Shown piece by piece: positions 1 through 8,250 of a stretch of 46,609 nucleotides of DNA. The position numbers and the translations under genes were made by a program. The notes under the pieces are model-generated. The model ran no database searches, was not told where the DNA came from, and saw nothing but the letters and a program-made list of their open reading frames with translations. This DNA comes from an uncultured Muribaculaceae bacterium. GTDB lineage: Bacteria > Bacillota_I > Bacilli_A > RF39 > UBA660. Location of the stretch: assembly GCA_964370085.1 (NCBI GenBank), contig CAYJHI010000002.1, positions 1-46,609 of the forward strand, written 5' to 3'. Within the stretch, counting starts at the first letter, position 1. Every line of letters starts with the position of its first letter.

Positions 1-1745
1 AAGCGGGAGTTGAACCTCAAACTGAAACAGTTTGGAGACAAGCTTCTGAATTTAAGGTACCTAGAATTATCTGTTGTAATAAAATGGGTAAAATGGGAGC
101 TGACTTTGCTTATAGTTTAACAACTATTAAGGATCGTTTAGGAGTTAATGCTAAGCCTATTCAATGGCCTATTGGTTCAGCTGATGAATTCAATGGAATT
201 ATTGATTTAGTTGAAATCAAAGCTTACCAATATGATGGTAATAAAGATGAAACTGCTAAGGAAATTGAAATTCCTGCAGAATTGGCGTCTTTAGTTGAAG
301 AAAAGCGTGCTGAATTAATTGATGCAGTTGCTGAATATGATGATGAAGTAATGGAAAAATATTTAGAAGGAGAAGAAGTTACTATTGATATGCTTAAAAA
401 GTGTATTAGAAATGGTGTTCTTGCTGCTGAATTTTTCCCTGTTGCTTGTTCAGATGCGCTAGGTAACATGGGTGTTAAGTTATTACTTGATGCTGTTATG
501 GAATATTTACCTAGTCCATTAGATATTCCATCTATTAAAGGTCATTCTATGGATGGTGAAGATGACGAAAGACATCCATCTGATGATGAACCATTCAGTG
601 CATTAGCATTTAAAGTTATGACAGATCCATTTGTTGGACGTTTAACTTTCTTCAGAGTTTACTCTGGTAAGTTATCTAGTGGTAGTTATGTACTTAACTC
701 TACTAAGAATACTAAAGAAAGAATTGGACGTATCTTACAAATGCATGCTAACAACAGAACTGAAATATCTGAAGTATTTACTGGTGATATTGCTGCTGCT
801 GTTGGTTTAAAAAATACAACTACTGGGGATACACTTTGTGATGAAAAGAAATCAATTATTCTTGAAAGTCTAATCGTGCCAGAACCAGTTATTCAATTGG
901 CGGTTGAACCTAAATCTAAGGGTGATCAAGATAAAATGGGATTAGCTTTACAAAAACTTGCTGAAGAAGATCCTACATTTAAAGTTCATACAGATCATGA
1001 AACTGGTCAAACAGTTATTGCTGGTATGGGTGAGTTACACTTAGATGTATTAGTTGATCGTATGAAAAGAGAATTTAGCGTTGAAGCTAACGTTGGAGCT
1101 CCTCAAGTTTCATACCGTGAAACTATTAAAGGTACTGCTGAATGTGAAGGTAAATACGTAAAACAATCTGGAGGACGTGGACAATATGGTCATGTTTGGA
1201 TCAAGTTTGAACCAAATCCAGATAAAGGGTACGAGTTTATAGATCAAGTTGTAGGTGGAGTTGTTCCTCGTGAATACATTCCAGTTGTTGATAAAGGTTT
1301 ACAAGAAGCCTTAACAACAGGGGTACTTGCTGGTTATCCTATGATTGATGTTAAAGCAACATTATATGATGGTTCATACCATGATGTTGACTCTAACGAA
1401 ATGGCGTTTAAGATCGCAGCTAGTTTTGCATTAAAAGAAGCTAAGAATAAATGTCAACCAGTTATTTTAGAACCAATTATGAAAGTTTCAGTTACAACAC
1501 CTGATGAATATTTTGGTAATGTAATGGGTGACTTAACATCTCGTCGTGGTAGACCACTAGGACAAGATTCAATTGGTAATGCTATCAAACTAAGTGCGAT
1601 GGTACCACTTTCTGAAATGTTTGGATATGCTACTAACTTACGTTCAAATACACAAGGTAGAGCTACATTCATTATGGAATTTGATCACTATGAAGAAGTA
1701 CCTAAAGGTATTGCTGAAGAGATCATTAAAAAGAGTGGAAATTAA
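1..1745 (+). CDS. fusA: Translation elongation factor G (5' end cut by window edge)
   Basis: The frame is open from nt 3 (..[21 protein letters not shown]..), so the listed Met at 84 is internal. EF-G domains II-V follow ([38 protein letters not shown]). The gene lies directly upstream of tuf, as in the str operon. Confidence 0.97.
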   Translation, partial: AGVEPQTETVWRQASEFKVPRIICCNKMGKMGADFAYSLTTIKDRLGVNAKPIQWPIGSADEFNGIIDLVEIKAYQYDGNKDETAKEIEIPAELASLVEEKRAELIDAVAEYDDEVMEKYLEGEEVTIDMLKKCIRNGVLAAEFFPVACSDALGNMGVKLLLDAVMEYLPSPLDIPSIKGHSMDGEDDERHPSDDEPFSALAFKVMTDPFVGRLTFFRVYSGKLSSGSYVLNSTKNTKERIGRILQMHANNRTEISEVFTGDIAAAVGLKNTTTGDTLCDEKKSIILESLIVPEPVIQLAVEPKSKGDQDKMGLALQKLAEEDPTFKVHTDHETGQTVIAGMGELHLDVLVDRMKREFSVEANVGAPQVSYRETIKGTAECEGKYVKQSGGRGQYGHVWIKFEPNPDKGYEFIDQVVGGVVPREYIPVVDKGLQEALTTGVLAGYPMIDVKATLYDGSYHDVDSNEMAFKIAASFALKEAKNKCQPVILEPIMKVSVTTPDEYFGNVMGDLTSRRGRPLGQDSIGNAIKLSAMVPLSEMFGYATNLRSNTQGRATFIMEFDHYEEVPKGIAEEIIKKSGN

Positions 1746-1824
1746 TTAAATTAATAGCGAAGAGTTTTAAACTCTTCGGTATTATAGATTATTTATCAAT
1801 TAAATGATAAATAGAAGAAAACAG

Positions 1825-1853
1825 TTGAAAAAATTTCAATTGTTAGGTAAAAT
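1825..1853 (+). promoter_or_regulatory. Candidate sigma70-type promoter for tuf (TTGAAA-17-TAAAAT)
   Basis: TTGAAA at 1825-1830, a 17-nt spacer, then TAAAAT at 1848-1853, about 30 nt upstream of the tuf RBS (AAAGGAGAAA). This is a sequence match only. Confidence 0.4.
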
Positions 1854-1885
1854 ATAATAGAGAAAAAAGAAAAGGAGAAATAAAA

Positions 1886-3076
1886 ATGGCAAAAGAAAAA
1901 TTTAACCGTTCAAAACCACATGTTAACATTGGTACAATCGGTCACGTTGACCACGGTAAAACTACTTTAACTGCTGCTATCACTAAAGTATTATCAGATT
2001 ATAACTCTGCTTATGCAAGTTTTACTGATTATGCTAATATCGATAAAGCACCAGAAGAAAGAGAACGTGGTATTACAATTAATACATCTCACGTTGAGTA
2101 TCAAACAGATGCGCGTCACTATGCACACGTAGACTGTCCAGGACATGCTGACTATGTTAAAAACATGATCACAGGTGCTGCTCAAATGGATGGAGCTATT
2201 CTAGTTATCGCTGGTACTGATGGACCAATGGCACAAACTAGAGAACACATCTTACTTGCTCGTCAAGTTGGTGTACCTAAAATGGTAGTTTTCATCAACA
2301 AAGAAGATATGGTTGATGATGCTGAGTTATTAGACTTAGTTGAAATGGAAGTTCGTGATTTATTAACAGAATACGGATTTGATGGAGATAACACTCCAGT
2401 TATTCGTGGATCTGCATTAAAAGCTCTTGAAGGAGAACAAAAATATGTAGATGCTGTTTTAGAATTAATGAAACAAGTTGATGAATGGATTCCAACTCCA
2501 GAACGTGATAATTCAAAACCATTCTTAATGAGTATTGAAGATGTATTCACTATTACTGGACGTGGAACAGTTGTTACTGGACGTGTTGAACGTGGACAAT
2601 TAAATCTTAATGATGAAGTTGAAATCGTTGGATTAAAAGATACAACTAAAACAGTTGTTACTGGAATCGAAATGTTCAGAAAACAATTAGACTTTGCTGA
2701 AGCTGGAGATAATGCTGGAGTATTATTACGTGGTATTTCTCGTGATGACGTTGAACGTGGACAAGTTCTTGTTAAACCAGGAAGTGTTACACCTCATACT
2801 AAATTCAAAGCTGAAGTATATGTACTAAGCAAAGAAGAAGGTGGAAGACATACTCCATTCTTCGCAAACTACCGTCCTCAATTCTATTTCAGAACTACAG
2901 ACGTAACTGGAGTTATCGAGTTACCAGCTGGTACTGAAATGGTAATGCCAGGAGATAACATTTCAATTGATGTTGAGTTAATTCACCCAATTGCAATTGA
3001 ACAAGGAACTAAATTCTCTATCCGTGAAGGTGGAAGAACTGTTGGTGCCGGTGTTGTTTCTGAAGTTACTAAATAA
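1886..3076 (+). CDS. tuf: Translation elongation factor Tu
   Basis: 396 aa. It carries the G1 motif [17 protein letters not shown] and an NKxD motif (NKED) and is full-length EF-Tu-like throughout. The RBS AAAGGAGAAA precedes the ATG. Confidence 0.98.
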   Translation: MAKEKFNRSKPHVNIGTIGHVDHGKTTLTAAITKVLSDYNSAYASFTDYANIDKAPEERERGITINTSHVEYQTDARHYAHVDCPGHADYVKNMITGAAQMDGAILVIAGTDGPMAQTREHILLARQVGVPKMVVFINKEDMVDDAELLDLVEMEVRDLLTEYGFDGDNTPVIRGSALKALEGEQKYVDAVLELMKQVDEWIPTPERDNSKPFLMSIEDVFTITGRGTVVTGRVERGQLNLNDEVEIVGLKDTTKTVVTGIEMFRKQLDFAEAGDNAGVLLRGISRDDVERGQVLVKPGSVTPHTKFKAEVYVLSKEEGGRHTPFFANYRPQFYFRTTDVTGVIELPAGTEMVMPGDNISIDVELIHPIAIEQGTKFSIREGGRTVGAGVVSEVTK

Positions 3077-3095
3077 TTGAAGAAAAATACTAATT

Positions 3096-3117
3096 AAAGA
3101 CCTTTTGGTCTTTTTTT
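3096..3117 (+). terminator. Rho-independent terminator after tuf
   Basis: AAAGACC-TTTT-GGTCTTT hairpin followed by a T-run. Confidence 0.8.
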
Positions 3118-3134
3118 GTTTTATAGTAAATAAA

Positions 3135-3163
3135 TTGATTATACTATTAATAACTGTTATAAT
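3135..3163 (+). promoter_or_regulatory. Candidate promoter TTGATT-17-TATAAT (TGT extended -10)
   Basis: TTGATT at 3135-3140, a 17-nt spacer, then TATAAT at 3158-3163, preceded by TGT. It lies between the tuf terminator and the FemAB-family gene. Confidence 0.5.
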
Positions 3164-3185
3164 ATTTATATTAATAGGAGAGTAT

Positions 3186-4400
3186 ATGTATAGATTTGTT
3201 GAAAATATTGATTTAGAAATTTATGAAAAATTTGTATATAACCATAATAAAAAGCATTTTATGCAAAGTTGTCATTGGGGTGAAGTGCAAAAATATAAGT
3301 CTTTTAAACCATATTATGTTGGTCTTTATAAAGATGACATTTTAGTAGCTGTTTCTTTGCTTTTAGAAAAGAAGATATTAGGTAAATTTGGATATATATA
3401 CTGTCCTAGGGGATTTATATTAGATTATAGTGATTTAGCTCTTATAAAGGCTTTTACGGACTATATTAAGACATTTACTAAAGAACATAAGAATTTCTTT
3501 TTTAGAATTGATCCGGATATTAAATTACAATGTATTGATGAAGATGCTAATGCTATTGAAGGGGACAATAACTTTGAGTTAGTTAATTATCTTAAATCTA
3601 TAGGGTATAAACATAAAGGTTTTTATAAAGAGTTTTTAGGTAGTCAACCTCGATATACTTATAGATTAAAATTAGATTCTGATATTGATAAAGTGTATAG
3701 TGGTTTTCATTCTACGACTAGAAAGATTTTAAATAAGAAGAATCAATTTGAATTAGATATTTATAAAGGTAGTAGCGAAGATGTTAAAGACTTTTATTTA
3801 ACAATGGAAAATACTGGTGCTGAACGTGGTATTGTACAATCTTCACTCGAGTATTATCAAAATTATTTTGATATATTAAACAAAAATAACATGAGTGATG
3901 TGTATATAGTTAAGGCTTCTATTTCTAAACTGAAAGAAGTTTATAAAAAGTTAATAACAATTCATGAGGATAAAAGAGAAAAGATTGTTAAGGAAAATGT
4001 ATTAGCAGATTTAAATAAAAAGATAGATAAATTAAAGTTAGAACTTGAGGAAATAAATTTAATAGAAGAAGATGAATTAGTTTTATCGTCAATTATGACA
4101 GCTAAATATAATGATTATGTTTGGACTATTCATGGTGGTAATAACACTAAACTTAAATTTTTGAATGCTAATTATTTAGTTTATTATCAAATAATTGAAG
4201 ATGCTGTTAGTGAAGGTAAATCTATGATTGATTTCTTTGGAACTACAGGTAACCCTGTTAAAGAAAATAGTTTATATGGTATCCATCTATTTAAGAAAAG
4301 ATTAGGTGGAGAATATACAGAATTTATAGGACAATTTGACTTTGTGACTAATAAATTATTATATTTTGCTTATCAACTATATATAAAAATAAAACGATAA
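3186..4400 (+). CDS. FemAB-family aminoacyl-tRNA:peptidoglycan bridge transferase (FemX/MurM-like)
   Basis: The N-terminus (MYRFVENIDLEIYEKFV..HFMQSCHWGEVQ) and C-terminus (..YLVYYQIIEDA..IDFFGTTG..GIHLFKKRLGGE) are typical of FemABX. A coiled-coil insertion (KLKEVYKK..KIDKLKLELEE) matches the Fem helical arm. I place the start at ATG 3186 (GGAG 5 nt upstream), because the listed TTG at 3105 lies inside the tuf terminator. Confidence 0.8.
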   Translation: MYRFVENIDLEIYEKFVYNHNKKHFMQSCHWGEVQKYKSFKPYYVGLYKDDILVAVSLLLEKKILGKFGYIYCPRGFILDYSDLALIKAFTDYIKTFTKEHKNFFFRIDPDIKLQCIDEDANAIEGDNNFELVNYLKSIGYKHKGFYKEFLGSQPRYTYRLKLDSDIDKVYSGFHSTTRKILNKKNQFELDIYKGSSEDVKDFYLTMENTGAERGIVQSSLEYYQNYFDILNKNNMSDVYIVKASISKLKEVYKKLITIHEDKREKIVKENVLADLNKKIDKLKLELEEINLIEEDELVLSSIMTAKYNDYVWTIHGGNNTKLKFLNANYLVYYQIIEDAVSEGKSMIDFFGTTGNPVKENSLYGIHLFKKRLGGEYTEFIGQFDFVTNKLLYFAYQLYIKIKR

Positions 4401-4431
4401 ATAACGAAAATAAAAAATAGAGGTGATTAAT

Positions 4432-5046
4432 ATGAATTATGAACAAATGGAAGCTTATATACCTGAATTTAATATCAATGGTGTTATAGGTGGAGTAACA
4501 GAATGGACAAAAGAAAATAGAAACACTGATCCTAATGCTTTTGAATTAGTTAATGTATTCTTGTTTGCAGGTAAATATGCTAGTGAAGGAAGTTTAATTG
4601 ATGATGAAAGTTTAACTGATTTATGGAACATACGTAGTGAAAGTTTTAAAAATATGGGAATTAGTGAAGACAATTTTGTTTATAAAATAGTTGAAGCTAG
4701 TTATGAATCTGCTATTAAAAGTGAATCTTTAGTTAGTGATCCAATTTCACATATTGCACTTAGAAGAACGGCAGGAGTTGGACTTTATTTAATGCAACAA
4801 AAAAGAGATACAGGTACTATGAATTATAATAATAGTGCTGAAATGATGGAATTATTAAAGGCGTCTGTCATATTAAAAGATAATCATCCAGATTTGTTTG
4901 AAGATGTTTCAGTGAGAGATTTTACTTCTTTAGTAGTTGATTTATGTCCAAAGGATAATTTATCAAACTTTCAAATGAAAGAGATTACTCATTATCAAAG
5001 TAAAATAAATGCACCAATAGTTAATGATTCATCTAAAATAATTTAA
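4432..5046 (+). CDS. Hypothetical protein (no family recognised)
   Basis: The ORF is long for AT-rich DNA. ATG 4432 is preceded by AGAGGTGA. No terminator separates it from the Fem gene, so the two are probably co-transcribed. Confidence 0.6.
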   Translation: MNYEQMEAYIPEFNINGVIGGVTEWTKENRNTDPNAFELVNVFLFAGKYASEGSLIDDESLTDLWNIRSESFKNMGISEDNFVYKIVEASYESAIKSESLVSDPISHIALRRTAGVGLYLMQQKRDTGTMNYNNSAEMMELLKASVILKDNHPDLFEDVSVRDFTSLVVDLCPKDNLSNFQMKEITHYQSKINAPIVNDSSKII

Positions 5047-5056
5047 AATAAAAAAA

Positions 5057-5080
5057 CTACACTAATGTGTAGCTTTTTTT
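5057..5080. terminator. Bidirectional terminator between convergent genes
   Basis: CTACAC-TAAT-GTGTAG hairpin flanked by an A-run (5050-5056) and a T-run (5074-5080). Confidence 0.7.
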
Positions 5081-5441
5081 ATGCTTTCCAAAGTCCGTGT
5101 AAATTACAATATGCATATGTGTTTACTATTTCTTCTTCAGAGAAGAAAGTGACAGTTGGTTGATTAGTAGCATTTAAATATTTAATTTGTGTAGTACTTG
5201 CTGTTTCAATAGCGATCCATTCAATTAAATGTTCTTCCGTCATTGGATGTAATGTACTTCCTACTGATATTGTTACTTTATTTCCTTCTTGTATTATTTC
5301 AGGAATATGTTTTTCAACAGCAGCATCGGTTGTATTTGCAATTAATTCATGCATATTTTCATTACAACACATTATGGGAACACTACTATCTTTGATTTTT
5401 GTGATAATGTTTCCACAATGTTTACAAATATAAAATGTCAT
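5079..5441 (-). CDS. dfx: Desulfoferrodoxin / 2Fe superoxide reductase
   Basis: 120 aa. The N-terminal desulforedoxin site is CKHCGN..CC. The C-terminal neelaredoxin site has His residues (EKHIPE, HPMTEEH) plus CNLHGLW. The start is ATG 5441, preceded by CAGGAGGTAACT. The listed upstream extension to 5561 has no RBS and overlaps pnuC. Confidence 0.85.
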   Translation of the reverse strand: MTFYICKHCGNIITKIKDSSVPIMCCNENMHELIANTTDAAVEKHIPEIIQEGNKVTISVGSTLHPMTEEHLIEWIAIETASTTQIKYLNATNQPTVTFFSEEEIVNTYAYCNLHGLWKA

Positions 5442-5508
5442 AGTTACCTCCTGATTACATTTTAGCACAATTATATGATATAATAACAATATATTTTGAG
5501 GTGTTGAC

Positions 5509-6141
5509 ATGAGAAAAAAAATAGAAATAATTATGTGTCTTTTGGCAAGTATAATCATCATATTTGTAAGTGTAATGTTTAACGCTGATCTTTTAGATAT
5601 TGTTATTTCAGTGGCGGGTATTTTTTATGTTTATTATATAGGGCAAAAGAAAGTTGTTGCCTACCTGTTTGGTATAACGAATGTAGTTCTTTTAGGTTTT
5701 AATTTGTTTAATAAGGAAATATATTTTAGTGCTTTTTATAATATTTTATATGGGTTACCTATTTTAATATATGGGCTATATTATTGGAAAAAGAAGACGA
5801 AAGGTGAAGAAATCAATCAATTATCTTCAAAAAAACGAATTATATTAACACTTTTAATGACTTTACCCTCATTTTTTGGTATAATAGTTGCTCTAATTAA
5901 CTCTGATTATATTTTAGGTGTCTTAGATATAACTACTACATATATGGGAGTTTTAGGATTATGGTTGTTGGCTAGGAAGTATATTGAGCAGTGGCCCGTT
6001 TGGATTGTATGTAATGCAATAAATTTTGTAATGTGGACAGTATTGACGTTTGAGGACACTGTGAATATTAGCGTTGCCGTAATGTGGTTTTTTTATCTAG
6101 TTAACTCTGTTTATGGTTATATTGTGTGGAAGGGGAAATAA
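5509..6141 (+). CDS. pnuC: Nicotinamide riboside transporter PnuC family
   Basis: Polytopic protein of about 210 aa with a PnuC-like C-terminal motif (LLARKYIEQWPVWIVCNAINFVMW). The RBS GAGGTG precedes the ATG. Confidence 0.7.
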   Translation: MRKKIEIIMCLLASIIIIFVSVMFNADLLDIVISVAGIFYVYYIGQKKVVAYLFGITNVVLLGFNLFNKEIYFSAFYNILYGLPILIYGLYYWKKKTKGEEINQLSSKKRIILTLLMTLPSFFGIIVALINSDYILGVLDITTTYMGVLGLWLLARKYIEQWPVWIVCNAINFVMWTVLTFEDTVNISVAVMWFFYLVNSVYGYIVWKGK

Positions 6142-6143
6142 AT

Positions 6144-6941
6144 ATGAATAAAAGTTATATTGTTGATCAAAAAGGTTTTTTGGGAGATTTTTTAGTTAGT
6201 GTTGGTTATGCAAAAAAGGATGTTAAGAGATTACTTAGTAATAATAAAATTATTGTTAATGATAAAAAAGTATCGAAATATACTCATGAACTTAAAGGTA
6301 AGGAACAAGTTTCTGTTAATCTTACTAAAACTACTTTAGATATTGTTTATGAGGATGAATATATATTAGTAGTAGATAAGCCTGCTAATTTACTTACGGT
6401 TGCTACTTCTTCTAGTAATCATACGTTATACCGTCAAGTTAGTGACTATGTTAAACAAAAAAATAAAAATAATAAAGTTTTTATTATTAATCGTTTGGAT
6501 AGAGATACATCCGGATTAGTTATGTTTTCAAAGATACAAAAGATAAAATATCGTATGCAAGATACTTGGTCTGATGTTGTTAGAAAATATATGGCTGTTG
6601 TTGTAGGGAATACGGATGACAGTGGAGTTATTAAAAGTTATCTTAAAGAAGATAAAGGTTTTAATGTTAGAGAAAGTAAGGATGGTAAGTTAGCAATTAC
6701 TGAATATCGTAAAATTAAAGCTAATAATGAATTTACTTGGTTAGAAATTAATATTAAAACTGGTCGTAAGAATCAAATAAGAGTTCATTTAAAAAGTATT
6801 GGTTGTGTTATTAAGGGTGATGTTAAATATGGTGCTAGAAAAGATAGACGTATGTATTTACATGCTTATAAATTAGAATTTAAACATCCTGTTACTAATA
6901 AAGTGATAAAAATTAAAACTTTATTACCTCATGGGTTTTAA
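6144..6941 (+). CDS. RluA-family 23S rRNA/tRNA pseudouridine synthase (S4 domain + catalytic domain)
   Basis: The catalytic motif is NRLDRDTSGLVMFSK, with KNQIRVHL and an N-terminal S4-like segment. The start is ATG 6144, after GGAAGGGGA. Confidence 0.85.
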   Translation: MNKSYIVDQKGFLGDFLVSVGYAKKDVKRLLSNNKIIVNDKKVSKYTHELKGKEQVSVNLTKTTLDIVYEDEYILVVDKPANLLTVATSSSNHTLYRQVSDYVKQKNKNNKVFIINRLDRDTSGLVMFSKIQKIKYRMQDTWSDVVRKYMAVVVGNTDDSGVIKSYLKEDKGFNVRESKDGKLAITEYRKIKANNEFTWLEINIKTGRKNQIRVHLKSIGCVIKGDVKYGARKDRRMYLHAYKLEFKHPVTNKVIKIKTLLPHGF

Positions 6942-6965
6942 AAAAGAGACTGAAAAGTCTCTTTT
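6942..6965. terminator. Bidirectional hairpin terminator
   Basis: AAAAGAGACT-GAAA-AGTCTCTTTT, a 10-bp stem with A/T-rich flanks. It overlaps the stop of the DUF2752-like gene on the - strand. Confidence 0.6.
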
Positions 6966-7306
6966 AAATTGCTCTTATATTATTAATTATTGTATTTATG
7001 ATAGCTATTAATACCAATATATACCAATATTTTGAAATATATTTTATTAAGTTTTCTTGATATTTGTTTTTATTAGTTATTATATCTTTTATGATAGCTA
7101 TTAGTGAATATATTAAAAATATAAAAATTGGTATTCCTAATATATTGTAATTGAATGATTTTATTAAATTTAATTGTAGTATCGCTTCGAATGATCTTGT
7201 TAAACCACATCCAGGACATGCTATTTTTAATATATGATGGAATGGACATGTATATTTTTCTAAGAAAATGATATAGAAAATGACTATTAATATTACTAAT
7301 AGCCAT
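6964..7306 (-). CDS. DUF2752-like membrane protein; start codon unresolved (possible frameshift or non-canonical start)
   Basis: My own translation of the - strand frame from 7305 to stop 6966-6964 gives 113 aa: WLLVILIVIFYIIFLEKYTCPFHHILKIACPGCGLTRSFEAILQ..GIPIFIFLIYSLIAII..YWYILVLIAIINT... It has the CP..x8..CPGCGxTR signature and TM segments typical of DUF2752. The ATG at 7306 is one nt out of frame with it. The listed 77-aa ORF (7073-7306) is the wrong frame. Confidence 0.55.
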
Positions 7307-7319
7307 ATTCCTTTTTTTA

Positions 7320-7643
7320 TTATTGGTTTAATTGATTGCCATCCACGTCTTCATTCATACTACCACAAAGGATCATAATACCTTCAATAAATCCCCAAAG
7401 TGCACCAAATCCACAAGTGAAAATAGTCACGATAATTTGAGTAACTCCTTTTCCTGAAAATCCTAAGTAAAAGCTATGTATTCCCCATCCTCCTAGAAAA
7501 ATTCCTAGTAGACCTGCAGTCATTTTACTTCTTCCGTTTGGATTGTTTCCAGGTGCTTTACTACCATTAACAAATTTTCCGCATTTTAAACAAATGTCAG
7601 CTCCTTCAGCTAATTTGCTTCCGCAATTTGAACAAAATTTCAT
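7320..7643 (-). CDS. Zinc-ribbon + TM2-domain membrane protein
   Basis: The N-terminal zinc ribbon is CSNCG..CLKCG. The TM2-like core is AGLLGIFLGGWGIHSFYLG..GVTQIIVTIFTCGFGALWGFIEGI. The RBS GAGGAGGGG precedes the ATG. Confidence 0.8.
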   Translation of the reverse strand: MKFCSNCGSKLAEGADICLKCGKFVNGSKAPGNNPNGRSKMTAGLLGIFLGGWGIHSFYLGFSGKGVTQIIVTIFTCGFGALWGFIEGIMILCGSMNEDVDGNQLNQ

Positions 7644-7668
7644 TAGTTTCCCCTCCTCAACTAGCGTT

Positions 7669-7697
7669 ATTTTATCATATTATGTTTGTTTTTGCAA
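7669..7697 (-). promoter_or_regulatory. Candidate promoter for the TM2 gene (TTGCAA-17-TAAAAT with TGA extended -10)
   Basis: On the - strand: TTGCAA (7697-7692), a 17-nt spacer, then TGATAAAAT (-10 at 7674-7669). Confidence 0.5.
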
Positions 7698-7710
7698 GAA
7701 AAATAGTTTC

Positions 7711-7740
7711 TTGTTTTTTTATGTCGGATAATGATATAAT
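7711..7740 (+). promoter_or_regulatory. Candidate promoter for the hydrogenase operon (TTGTTT-18-TATAAT, TGA extended -10)
   Basis: TGATATAAT at 7732-7740 with TTGTTT at 7711-7716. The hydC RBS (TAGGAGA) lies about 15 nt downstream. Confidence 0.45.
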
Positions 7741-7764
7741 TTAGGTATAAGATAGGAGACAAGT

Positions 7765-8250
7765 ATGAGCGATAAATGTCAATGTAATGGGTTAGATAAT
7801 TTTTTAAAAGAATTGTTTAAAAAATATAGTAGTGATAAAGATAATATGATTCAAATGCTTAATGAAATTCAGGATTATTATGGGTATGTTCCTCTTGATG
7901 TGCAAGAAAAATTAGCAGGTCATTTGAATGTTGAACTTGCTGAAGTTTATGGTGTAATAACGTTTTATGCTAGATTTTCGACTAAACCGAAGGGTAAATA
8001 TAATATATCGGTATGTATGGGTACGGCATGCTATGTTAAAGGTGCTGAGAAAATGTTAGATAGAGTAGTTGAGAAATTGGGAATATCAATAGGTGAAACT
8101 TCTGCTGATGGGAATTTTTCAATCGAAGAAACTCGTTGTGTAGGAGCCTGTGGACTTGCTCCTGTTTTTACCGTAAATGGGGAAGTTTATGGAAAAGGGA
8201 CGGTGCAGAAGGTTGATGAAATTATAGAAGGTTTGAAGAAGGAGGTATAA
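7765..8250 (+). CDS. hydC: [FeFe]-hydrogenase gamma subunit, NuoE-like [2Fe-2S] protein
   Basis: 161 aa with the NuoE/24-kDa cysteine pattern (SVCMGTACYVKGA .. RCVGACGLAPV). It abuts hydB: the stop is at 8250 and the next ATG at 8251. Confidence 0.85.
   Translation: MSDKCQCNGLDNFLKELFKKYSSDKDNMIQMLNEIQDYYGYVPLDVQEKLAGHLNVELAEVYGVITFYARFSTKPKGKYNISVCMGTACYVKGAEKMLDRVVEKLGISIGETSADGNFSIEETRCVGACGLAPVFTVNGEVYGKGTVQKVDEIIEGLKKEV

Noticed and set aside
3105-3185. N-terminal extensions of listed ORFs. Examples: 3105 for the Fem gene, 5442-5561 for dfx, 13286 for the HD gene, 14054 for uvrB, 21724 for trxB, 36876 for the flippase and 41998 for tyrS.
   Set aside because: The extensions start at GTG/TTG or at ATGs without a Shine-Dalgarno sequence. 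They overlap terminators, promoters or neighbouring genes. Internal ATGs with good RBS match the family N-termini.
7001-7104. Short repeats: tandem ATACCAATAT x2 (7011-7030) and TATGATAGCTATTA occurring twice.
   Set aside because: They fall inside the DUF2752-like coding frame (YWYILV; LIAII twice). Low-complexity hydrophobic codon reuse explains them.
7073-7306. Listed 77-aa ORF (MAISNINSHFLY..).
   Set aside because: It is the -1 frame of the DUF2752-like gene. Its sequence has no membrane or domain character, whereas the neighbouring frame gives a clean CPGCGxTR membrane protein.
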